The position numbers and the translations under genes are program-made. From a virus: DNA of 50,364 nucleotides. The DNA is taken from positions 1 to 50,364 of IMG/VR virus record IMGVR_UViG_3300029822_000014; one strand, 5' to 3'. Within the stretch, counting starts at the first letter, position 1. Each line of letters begins with the position of its first letter. The notes under the pieces are model-generated. The model was not told the origin of the DNA. It ran no database searches and saw nothing but the letters and a program-made list of their open reading frames with translations. Shown here piece after piece: positions 8,424 to 16,544 of the stretch.

Positions 8424-8706
8424 GGGTAGTGAGAGTAAAGCTACAGTAACCATATCTGCCCTTAGTGGTGGAGTTGGTGTTGCTGGTGCTAAAGTATTAT
8501 TAACTAACACAACTAACACTTCAAGTACTTATGAGTCTGCTTTAACTGGTACTGCTGGTGGAGCAACCATATCAAATGTACCTTATGGTACTTATTCAGT
8601 TACAGTTTCCACTACTCCTACCGGTTATAGTACCCCAACAGGTATTGCAAACTTAGTAGTTGATAGTGCAACTGAGACAGTTAATATTACATTTACAACA
8701 GCATAG
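8416..8706 (+). CDS. Ig-like / carboxypeptidase-regulatory-like beta-sandwich domain ORF in the +1 frame of the capsid gene end (capsid extension or decoration protein)
   Basis: SKATVTISALSGGVGVAGAKVLLTN...TGTAGGATISNVPYGTYSVTVSTTPTGYS...NLVVDS fits the G.pv.GA.V.l...T...G...i.nvP.G.Y.v.v...GY pattern. The frame is open back to 8320. GTG at 8416 overlaps the capsid stop (GTGGATGA) and has no SD. Confidence 0.55.
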   Translation: MDEGSESKATVTISALSGGVGVAGAKVLLTNTTNTSSTYESALTGTAGGATISNVPYGTYSVTVSTTPTGYSTPTGIANLVVDSATETVNITFTTA

Positions 8707-8752
8707 AAAAGGAAAATTAGAATTAATTTAAAAGTTTTAAAGGAGGAACATA

Positions 8753-9325
8753 ATGATGGATTATAGTACCCTTGTTACTGAATTAAAAACCTTATTATCC
8801 ATTGAAGGAATTACAACCAGTTTAAGTGATGAAGATTATACTGTACTATTAAAACGTAAATTAAACTATATTCTAAGTATTGTGGGTTTAAGTAGTACAG
8901 AACCATCAAATTTTGAGGATTTACAATTAGATTATGATGGTAACCGTCATGTACTACTCCATCATTATCCAGTTATTGAATTACAATCCGTATTGATTGA
9001 TGGTAAAACTATTAATACTGATGAGTATGATTTGAATAAGAATAATGGTGTAATTAAGTTTACTTCCCGTAGACAAGATGGAATATTAACCATTCAATAC
9101 ACTGCAGGATTAACCAGTTCACAAATAAGTACTATACTTGAACCATTATTATTAGATTGGGTTATGTATGATGTTAACCCTGAAAATACTGGAGTAATAA
9201 GTAGTATTAAGGAAGGAGATGTTAGTGTTAATTATGATACTACAAATTCTGAATTAATACAATTAACTAACCGATTAAATGATTTTAAAAAAGAAATCAA
9301 TGGAGTAAGAGGAGTAATGTTATGA
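8753..9325 (+). CDS. Head-tail connector/adaptor protein (positional)
   Basis: 190 aa; SD aaAGGAGGaacataATG; first gene after the capsid module. Confidence 0.45.
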   Translation: MMDYSTLVTELKTLLSIEGITTSLSDEDYTVLLKRKLNYILSIVGLSSTEPSNFEDLQLDYDGNRHVLLHHYPVIELQSVLIDGKTINTDEYDLNKNNGVIKFTSRRQDGILTIQYTAGLTSSQISTILEPLLLDWVMYDVNPENTGVISSIKEGDVSVNYDTTNSELIQLTNRLNDFKKEINGVRGVML

Positions 9326-9669
9326 CTTACTTCCCAAATACTATTATTGAAATCTGGAATTATAGTCCTGGTGAAATAGATCAATATGGACCTAAAATAA
9401 TTTATACTCATACTGGGGATTTAATGGTGGATATGCAACCTATGAATCATAATGATAATCAAACCAGTTCAGGTAGATTGGAGGGGGATCAGTATAAGAT
9501 TTACACTAATCTTGATGCTCCAATTAGTAGCACTAGTATATTACGAATTAAAGGGGAAACCCCTACTTACTCCGTGATTGGTTCACCTGAAAGGAATAAT
9601 CATGTATTACCCCATTTGAAAGTGCAAATACAATTACAACAAACACCAACACAATTAACTGAGGCATAA
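9322..9669 (+). CDS. Head-tail joining (head-closure-like) protein (positional)
   Basis: 115 aa, ATGA overlap with the previous gene. Confidence 0.4.
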   Translation: MTYFPNTIIEIWNYSPGEIDQYGPKIIYTHTGDLMVDMQPMNHNDNQTSSGRLEGDQYKIYTNLDAPISSTSILRIKGETPTYSVIGSPERNNHVLPHLKVQIQLQQTPTQLTEA

Positions 9670-9673
9670 TATC

Positions 9674-10096
9674 ATGGGAGATTTTAATAGTCAAATGATT
9701 GTTAAGCCTAGTTTTAATCGTAAAGTGAATGCAGATTGGACAGATGTAATCTCAGATACATTAAATATTGTTTGTCAAACTGGTGAAAAGTATTGTAAAG
9801 AACCCGGAGTAGGAGTAGCAGGAGGAACATCACCATCTGGTGGTGCACCGATTGGTAAATATCCTAATGGGTCAGGTAAAGTTGGGGGTACACTTCGCCG
9901 TGGACATCACAGTGACCTTAGTAATCCTAAGGAGAAGATGGTTAAAAACAATACCGAGTACTGGCCCTACGTAGTCTTTGGTACAAGTAAGATGAGTCCG
10001 AATGATTACCCATCACGAGTAGTTGAAAGGATTGATAAGGAGAATATTTATAAGAAAGCATTACTCGTGACTTTGAAGAAGAAGGGGATTTTATAA
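9674..10096 (+). CDS. Tail-attachment protein, HK97 gp10-like
   Basis: 140 aa; NTEYWPYVVFGTSKMSPNDYPSRVVE resembles the gp10-family ..vEfGT....a.PF motif; connector gene block. Confidence 0.45.
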   Translation: MGDFNSQMIVKPSFNRKVNADWTDVISDTLNIVCQTGEKYCKEPGVGVAGGTSPSGGAPIGKYPNGSGKVGGTLRRGHHSDLSNPKEKMVKNNTEYWPYVVFGTSKMSPNDYPSRVVERIDKENIYKKALLVTLKKKGIL

Positions 10097-10764
10097 TGCA
10101 ATTGATGGAAGAAGCATTATATACTTTACTTAATGGTAAAATAAGTGTTAATGGTATTGATGTACCAGTACTAACACGATACCAACCATTGGATGAGAAA
10201 CCCTGCATCACAATTACCCAAACTGCGAATAGTGATAAAGGCCAACCCTATATGGGAGATTATCAATTACCATTACCATCTACTCACCCACAATACGATA
10301 GTAGTAAACCTGATAAGTTGTATCCTCAACAAGTCCGTCGTGACACTTACGAATCAAGTTTACAAGTTAATGTATGGTGTGACAGTGAAGAGGAAAGGGA
10401 TAGTATAGTTAAACAAATACATCTTGAATTCCAACACTTATTAAATGATTATTATACTCAATGTTGTAATTACTCTGATGGGGAATGCAGTACTATTAAT
10501 GAAGCTTGTCCAGTAACCACTATAACTAATAGACATACAGTAAAAGGACAATGTCCAAATCCAACCACTTACAAGTACTTGGGCATATTACAAAAGTATT
10601 ACATTCAACCAGTAACAGTTAATGTGAGTCAAGGTTTTAATCAAGATGAAATCGACAACACACCACCACTCCTAAGAACTATAATCCAAGTAACCATGAC
10701 ATATTACACTTATCACTATTTAGGTGGAACCATAAGTACAGATATAAAATTCAAATACATTTAA
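10096..10764 (+). CDS. Tail completion / neck protein (positional), Cys-rich
   Basis: 222 aa, overlaps the previous stop (TAATG); last gene before the sheath block. Confidence 0.35.
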   Translation: MQLMEEALYTLLNGKISVNGIDVPVLTRYQPLDEKPCITITQTANSDKGQPYMGDYQLPLPSTHPQYDSSKPDKLYPQQVRRDTYESSLQVNVWCDSEEERDSIVKQIHLEFQHLLNDYYTQCCNYSDGECSTINEACPVTTITNRHTVKGQCPNPTTYKYLGILQKYYIQPVTVNVSQGFNQDEIDNTPPLLRTIIQVTMTYYTYHYLGGTISTDIKFKYI

Positions 10765-10828
10765 AAACTTTTTTTCATAATTTTAATTTATTAACTATTT
10801 TTATATATATTGGGAGGAATGATTAATT

Positions 10829-11047
10829 ATGCCAAGAAAGGCGAAAGAACCCAAACAAACACTAATAAACTTAACAAAACAATCCAGTACACCAGAGTAC
10901 ATTATTGTAGGAGCACTAAGTAAAGCAGGACTCCTACAACAATACGAATACGAAAAAATTAACAATGGAGTACTAGATTTAACACCAAGCATAACAAAAA
11001 CAGAATTCTATAAACTCATAACTAACTTCATAGGAGGAGAAGAATGA
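10829..11047 (+). CDS. Small hypothetical protein preceding the sheath gene
   Basis: 72 aa; TATA-like tttttatatatatt and GGGAGG SD upstream; ATGA overlap with the next gene. Confidence 0.5.
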   Translation: MPRKAKEPKQTLINLTKQSSTPEYIIVGALSKAGLLQQYEYEKINNGVLDLTPSITKTEFYKLITNFIGGEE

Positions 11048-12189
11048 GCATAAACGTAACACCTGGAGTCATCTACAAAGAAGCGGAAGCGAATGAAAAC
11101 TTAATAGGTAATGGGAGTCAAATCCCAATAATCCTCGGTAAAAGTGCTTCAACCACTGGTGATCCCACAAAAATATTAAAATTTAAAAATTATAGTCAAG
11201 CCAAAAATTCAGTAGCGAATGGAGGTATCGGTCCAGAACCTGAAACTTTACATGATAATCCATTATTAGAATTTTTGAAACAATACTTTGAGGAAGGGGC
11301 AAGATTAAAAATTGCAGATAAAGGAATGCCATATGTCTATGTAATTGATATGGGTAGTGCCCCTACTGATGCGAATTGGACAACAGCAATGACCACCATA
11401 ACAAAGAAATCTGAAGTAGAAGTAGAAGTCTATATTGGTATTGAGGAAAGTGAAACCTTTTTAGATTTACTTGAAGCAATTAATACTAACTTAAACACTC
11501 AAGCTGAATACGGAAATCTTAGAGTAGCATATGTAACTAAGTATGGGGCAACTGATGCACAATTAATAGCATTAACTGATGATACTCAAACCAAGAGCAT
11601 ACAACGTAGTCGTATTGGAATCTGTGAACCATTATTATTTGGTAAAACTATTGCCAAGATAAGTTTAACCCCATATTATGAAGAACCAGGATACACAGTA
11701 TACCGAAGCGTAACTGCTGGAACTTTTAAGGAAAGAACTCGTACAGAAGCAAATGCACTCCAAAATGCAGGTATAATCTTCAACAAGGATGAAATGATTC
11801 GAGGAAACTTTTACCCAAAAATCAATTTAGCCGTAAGTACTGCATGGGCAAAAGATGATCAAGAAAGACCAAATGATGCAGGACTCCATGCAAGAAGAAA
11901 CACCGACTACCTCATCAGAGACATTTATGATACTTGTTGGGAGCAAATCAAACGAAACGAAACAGCAACCAACCTACAATTCCTTCAAACCGACATTAAC
12001 AGTATAATCAACACTGAAATCGATAAAGGAAACATGATGACAGGTACCAGTGTAACCGTAACCGAATCCGATGAAGACCCATACACATTATTCGTAAATG
12101 GATCATGCAAACCAGTCAACAGTACCCTTGCGATTGAGTTTGAAATGTATGTTAGTCAACCGAACGCAACAGTAGCAGATGAACTATAA
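11044..12189 (+). CDS. Contractile tail sheath protein
   Basis: 381 aa; N-terminus MSINVTPGVIYKEAEAN matches the PGVY.E motif at sheath N-termini. Followed by a tube-sized ORF, chaperone-like ORFs and the tape measure. Confidence 0.6.
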   Translation: MSINVTPGVIYKEAEANENLIGNGSQIPIILGKSASTTGDPTKILKFKNYSQAKNSVANGGIGPEPETLHDNPLLEFLKQYFEEGARLKIADKGMPYVYVIDMGSAPTDANWTTAMTTITKKSEVEVEVYIGIEESETFLDLLEAINTNLNTQAEYGNLRVAYVTKYGATDAQLIALTDDTQTKSIQRSRIGICEPLLFGKTIAKISLTPYYEEPGYTVYRSVTAGTFKERTRTEANALQNAGIIFNKDEMIRGNFYPKINLAVSTAWAKDDQERPNDAGLHARRNTDYLIRDIYDTCWEQIKRNETATNLQFLQTDINSIINTEIDKGNMMTGTSVTVTESDEDPYTLFVNGSCKPVNSTLAIEFEMYVSQPNATVADEL

Positions 12190-12208
12190 CTATAATGGAG
12201 GTAATTAG

Positions 12209-12625
12209 ATGGCTTATACTGAAACAAAAACCGATGAAGTACCAACTACTTATGACTTAGCCGTATTCCGTATTAAAGGAGTGGAACTCTACGTGGACAG
12301 TTTTAAAATTACACGAAAACGGAAACTTGAAAGATTAACAGCTACTAGTAAATTAACAGGAGTAGCTTGGAAAGTGTCCGATGAAGAATACAGTTTTGAA
12401 GCATCTGAAATAATTGATAAAGATGATATATTACATGATCTTTGGGTTGAGGACATAAAAGATAAAACTGGATTCCAAATAGACACATACAACTTCCTAC
12501 CAGGTGGGGATTTAGTGTTTAAGGATGGTTTAACTAATTGTATGCTTTCAGAGTATGATACTGAAACTAGTAAAGGGGACAAAGTCAGTATTAAGGGTGA
12601 AGCATTGAATATGATAACAACATAA
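12209..12625 (+). CDS. Tail tube protein
   Basis: 138 aa, immediately after the sheath gene; SD aatGGAGGTaattagATG; size and position. Confidence 0.5.
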   Translation: MAYTETKTDEVPTTYDLAVFRIKGVELYVDSFKITRKRKLERLTATSKLTGVAWKVSDEEYSFEASEIIDKDDILHDLWVEDIKDKTGFQIDTYNFLPGGDLVFKDGLTNCMLSEYDTETSKGDKVSIKGEALNMITT

Positions 12626-12642
12626 AAGTGAATATATTATTT

Positions 12643-12679
12643 TAGCAGTAACATTAAATTTTACTGCTACTTTTTTTTT
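12643..12679 (+). terminator. Hairpin + T9 terminator-like element after the tube gene
   Basis: TAGCAGTAA-cattaaatt-TTACTGCTA (perfect 9-bp stem) followed by c + 9 T. Confidence 0.55.
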
Positions 12680-12706
12680 AAACAAAATATTAAGGTGTGA
12701 TAATTT

Positions 12707-13489
12707 ATGAGTAGTAAGCAAAACAAAAGACAAGCAGAAAACAAACGTAAACAAGAAAGAATAGAACATGAACTCGATGGATTAAACCAACACTTACTAG
12801 AAGTAAAATTCCCATTAGAATGTGAACGATTACCTTTAAGTCAATTAAGTGAGTATGAACAAGGATTAGCTAATAAGTGCCGTAATCATGAAAGTTTAAA
12901 TGAGGAAGAATTAAATGATTTAAAAGAATTACTCGCACGATACCGACAATACACAAACGATATTAAGGCTGATGAAATCGTTGAATCCCAAGAAGCATTC
13001 AATAAACAAATCAAAACTGAACAAGACTTCCTAAACTTCCTTGATGAAATCGAAAATCGAGAATTACATTTAAGATTCCCCTATAATGGAGTAACACGGG
13101 ATATGTACTTTAATGTTGCACCTTTAGAGGATAGTTTAGCCGTTAAAATGACAGAACAACACCAAGAAATCTACATGAACCTAACAAGTAATGAACAAAG
13201 AATTAATCAGAAAAACCTTGAGGGTAAACAATTAACACAGGAAGAAGAGAATATAATGAAGGATATACAGGATAGGGTGATGAGTGATAATATAGAGGAT
13301 CAATCAGATGAAATTTTAACATTCCTCGCTTATCAACTCACACCCCCTGATTTTGATGGCAATATAGAGAAACGTAAACATTTCTGGAGTAAAATACCCT
13401 TCACGATTAAGATAAGTTTATATGTGAAACTATTAGATATTCTTGGTTTGAATAATACCGATAATACACAATTATTTCCAGATGAATAA
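12707..13489 (+). CDS. Acidic tail assembly chaperone-like protein (positional)
   Basis: 260 aa, E/D/Q-rich, between tube and tape measure. Confidence 0.4.
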   Translation: MSSKQNKRQAENKRKQERIEHELDGLNQHLLEVKFPLECERLPLSQLSEYEQGLANKCRNHESLNEEELNDLKELLARYRQYTNDIKADEIVESQEAFNKQIKTEQDFLNFLDEIENRELHLRFPYNGVTRDMYFNVAPLEDSLAVKMTEQHQEIYMNLTSNEQRINQKNLEGKQLTQEEENIMKDIQDRVMSDNIEDQSDEILTFLAYQLTPPDFDGNIEKRKHFWSKIPFTIKISLYVKLLDILGLNNTDNTQLFPDE

Positions 13490-13670
13490 TACCATTATGG
13501 GGGAATGCTACTTCCGGGTGTCTAAACATTTAGGTGTACCTATTAGTACGGTTCTCCGTAAGAAGTTCACTCCGGATTATAAATTGTTAATTAATAAGTA
13601 TTTCCAAATCATTGTTGCGGAGCAAGAGCAACAAGAAGAGTATGAGAAGGAATTAGAGAAAACAAAATAA
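13482..13670 (+). CDS. Small protein coupled to the preceding ORF (positional chaperone partner)
   Basis: 62 aa; its ATG lies inside the stop region of the previous ORF (gATGAATAA). Confidence 0.4.
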   Translation: MNNTIMGECYFRVSKHLGVPISTVLRKKFTPDYKLLINKYFQIIVAEQEQQEEYEKELEKTK

Positions 13671-13694
13671 GAAAAATTTGAGGATTGATAAGTA

Positions 13695-16010
13695 ATGGTA
13701 AGTGCTGAAGATGTACTAATAATATTCAATGCCAAGGATAATGTAACCGCCACTACCAAGAAGCTTAGTAGTAGTATGAATGGTGTTAAGCTTGGTGTAG
13801 GGGTTGCTATGAGTGCTGCAAGTGCTTATATGGCTGGTTTCGCAAAAGATGCAATATCTTCAGCTATGACCTCACAGACTGAATGGGCACGATTTGGTGC
13901 AGCAGTAACAAGTACTGGAGGTAATTGGTCGGCTCAGAGTAGTAGTATTAAGGATTGGGTTGGAAACTTTAGTAATAGTATGGGTCGTGCAACTGCGGAT
14001 ACTCGTGAAGCTGCAACTACTTTAATGAATTATGGTATGAGTTGGAATGAAACTAAAGGTAGTATGGGTGCTGTTGCAGGGTTAGCAGCTAAGACTGGGA
14101 AGTCTGAAGCAGATTCAAGTAAGATGATTATAAGTGCTCTTAATGGTAGGGGGATGGCGTTAGAGAAAGCTACTGGGCTTGAAATTGATAATTATAAAGC
14201 TGCTGATGGTACTATTGACCGTGCTAAATTATTAAAGGCAATTACTGATAATACTAAACCAGCTGCCGATGCTTTTAAGAATACTGATGCTGCGAAGATG
14301 CAACAATTAAGTAATATTCTTAAGAGTTTGAAAACACAATTCGGTACTGCACTCTTGGGGGCTATTCGGCCTTTGATACCTGTTGTTACTCAATTATTTG
14401 GGGCGTTTAATAAGTTACCTGGACCTGCGAAGAGTTTAATCTTTGTTGGTGCTGGACTTGTTACAATGTTTGGACTTATTGCTGGGCCTGCGATGAGTGT
14501 TATTAGTTTATTGCAAATGATGGGGGTTACATTACCAGCGATTACTGGGGAATTTGGATTACTTGCAAGTGTTAAAACTGCACTTGTTGGTGCTGATGCT
14601 GCTGAGATTAGTGCAGAAGTTGGAGCTGCAGCTGCCCATGCAAATTGTGGTATAGCAGTTGGAGTTGAGAAACAAGGATTAATTGGATTACTTGCAAGTA
14701 AAGCTAGTGACCTTGCTAGTACAATTGCGAACACTGCAAGTAAAGTCGCTGCTGCAGCTGCAAGTGTTGCTTTAGCCACTGCTCATGGTGTTCAAGCCGC
14801 TGCAACTTGGGTAGTTACTGCTGCTCAAGCTGCATTAAATGCTGTAATGATGGCTAATCCTATAATATTAGTTGTTATAGCTGTTGTAGCTTTAGCTGCT
14901 GGATTATATTTACTTTATACTCATGTTAAACCGGTTCGTGATGCGATAAATGGTTTTCTTAGTATGTTAAGTGGAGCAGGTGGAGCAATCGGTGGGGGAA
15001 TAATGTCCGCCCTCACAAGTCTAGGTAATGGGTTTAAAAATTTTGTAACAAAAGTTGGAACATCATTAATGCAATTACCTGGAAAAATTTGGCAATGGTT
15101 ACTTAAAGCTGGACAAAAAATAACACAATGGAATACGAAAATCCGTGCAACACTCTTAAAAATTGGTTCTAATATTGTAAATAATATTATTAATGGGGTG
15201 AAACAGTTACCGGGTAAATTATGGACTTGGTTTGTAGTTACTAGTGTACGGATTTTATTGTTTGGTGTTCAGGCTTTGGCTCGTGCTCGTCAAGCTGGTC
15301 AGAACATTCTTATTGGAGTGATTAATTTTGTTATGCAATTACCAGGGCAAGTAGCGAATTTCCTTAGTAATGCTGTGGGACGGATTTTAAGTTTCGCAGG
15401 ACAAGCCTTAAGTAATGCAGGAGCCGTAGGGTCTGCTGCAATAACTGGGGTAATACAATTCGTATCACAGATTCCTCAAAAGGTTTATAATGAGTTTATT
15501 AAAATTGGACAAAAAATCCATGATTCAGTTGCGAATGCAGTATCAGCTGCTACTAGTTTTGGTTCTGATATTGTAAATGCTGTGATGAATGCACTTCATA
15601 TAGCTTCACCTGGTATTATACAACGAAAGATTGCACAAGAGTTCATGGACATTCCCGGTAGAATATTGGAAAGTTCTGGTTCTGCTTATACTGCAGCTGC
15701 GAATTATGGTAAAGGTATAGTGTCAGGATTCGGTAATCCTACACTTAAAGTAGAAACACAATTAGATAAGGGGTTGAATAGTGTTAATAGTGCTCAAATG
15801 TTATTGAAGAGACAGCAAGGAATAAATGGTAGTAGTACTGCGATGAATAATTTTACCCCTAATAATAATAGTAATAGTTTAACTAAGATTAACATTGCAG
15901 AGGGTGCATTGAAAGTTGATGGAGCAAGTCTTACTACTAAACAGAGTAAACAAATATTTATTAATGCCCTTGAAGGTGTTAGTGGAATAAATAAGGTGGT
16001 GACTAGATGA
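13695..16010 (+). CDS. Tail tape measure protein
   Basis: 771 aa; long A/G/hydrophobic central region with TM-like helices and helical flanks; position after the chaperone-like ORFs. Confidence 0.85.
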   Translation: MVSAEDVLIIFNAKDNVTATTKKLSSSMNGVKLGVGVAMSAASAYMAGFAKDAISSAMTSQTEWARFGAAVTSTGGNWSAQSSSIKDWVGNFSNSMGRATADTREAATTLMNYGMSWNETKGSMGAVAGLAAKTGKSEADSSKMIISALNGRGMALEKATGLEIDNYKAADGTIDRAKLLKAITDNTKPAADAFKNTDAAKMQQLSNILKSLKTQFGTALLGAIRPLIPVVTQLFGAFNKLPGPAKSLIFVGAGLVTMFGLIAGPAMSVISLLQMMGVTLPAITGEFGLLASVKTALVGADAAEISAEVGAAAAHANCGIAVGVEKQGLIGLLASKASDLASTIANTASKVAAAAASVALATAHGVQAAATWVVTAAQAALNAVMMANPIILVVIAVVALAAGLYLLYTHVKPVRDAINGFLSMLSGAGGAIGGGIMSALTSLGNGFKNFVTKVGTSLMQLPGKIWQWLLKAGQKITQWNTKIRATLLKIGSNIVNNIINGVKQLPGKLWTWFVVTSVRILLFGVQALARARQAGQNILIGVINFVMQLPGQVANFLSNAVGRILSFAGQALSNAGAVGSAAITGVIQFVSQIPQKVYNEFIKIGQKIHDSVANAVSAATSFGSDIVNAVMNALHIASPGIIQRKIAQEFMDIPGRILESSGSAYTAAANYGKGIVSGFGNPTLKVETQLDKGLNSVNSAQMLLKRQQGINGSSTAMNNFTPNNNSNSLTKINIAEGALKVDGASLTTKQSKQIFINALEGVSGINKVVTR

Positions 16011-16534
16011 GTAGTATTGGTGATGGTTTTATTGGTGATGCGAATGTGGAGATTGGAGGTTTCCCTTTTTATGCTCAGGAAATTACTGCGAGTGAATCCT
16101 TTGCTCGTAGGGATTTGAAAAGGACAAATGTGATGAGTGGAACACAAGTAGTAACAAAGAGTACTTATCTCCCTAAGGATTACTCTTTTACGGCTTATGT
16201 GCAAGTACCAAGAGAGAAGCCTGAAACTTATGATACTATTTTCCAAACACTCCAAAACACTACCCCTAAGGTGGTTTGTAAGGATATGGGTGACCCTTTT
16301 AATGCTCAAGTAATAATTAAGAAAACACATGAAGCTACGGTACCTGATTGGATAAAATTAGATATACAAGTTGTTGAAGTACCTGAAACTAATAGTAGTA
16401 TTACAATGGATACTACAAGTACGGATACTACTAGTAGTACTGCTACAAGTAAGGAATTGAAAGAGTTAAGTGAGAAAACCGATACTACTGATGTTCTTAA
16501 AGAGTATAAGAATGCAACAATCATTAATGTATAG
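16007..16534 (+). CDS. Tail/baseplate protein (first gene after the tape measure)
   Basis: 175 aa, ATGA overlap with the tape measure stop; Thr/Ser-rich C-terminus. Confidence 0.45.
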   Translation: MSSIGDGFIGDANVEIGGFPFYAQEITASESFARRDLKRTNVMSGTQVVTKSTYLPKDYSFTAYVQVPREKPETYDTIFQTLQNTTPKVVCKDMGDPFNAQVIIKKTHEATVPDWIKLDIQVVEVPETNSSITMDTTSTDTTSSTATSKELKELSEKTDTTDVLKEYKNATIINV

Positions 16535-16544
16535 GTGATGTGAT

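Noticed and set aside
13452-13489. Programmed frameshift between the two chaperone-position ORFs (G/GT-like)
   Set aside because: The downstream ORF is in the +1 frame, not -1. Its frame is open for only 10 codons upstream, there is no slippery run, and it has its own ATG embedded in gATGAATAA. Simple translational coupling is sufficient.
14390-16330. Minus-strand ORFs 14390..14779 (Ala-rich) and 15794..16330
   Set aside because: They lie antisense to the tape measure gene and the next tail gene. The Ala-rich translation is simply the complement of the GCN-rich tape-measure segment.
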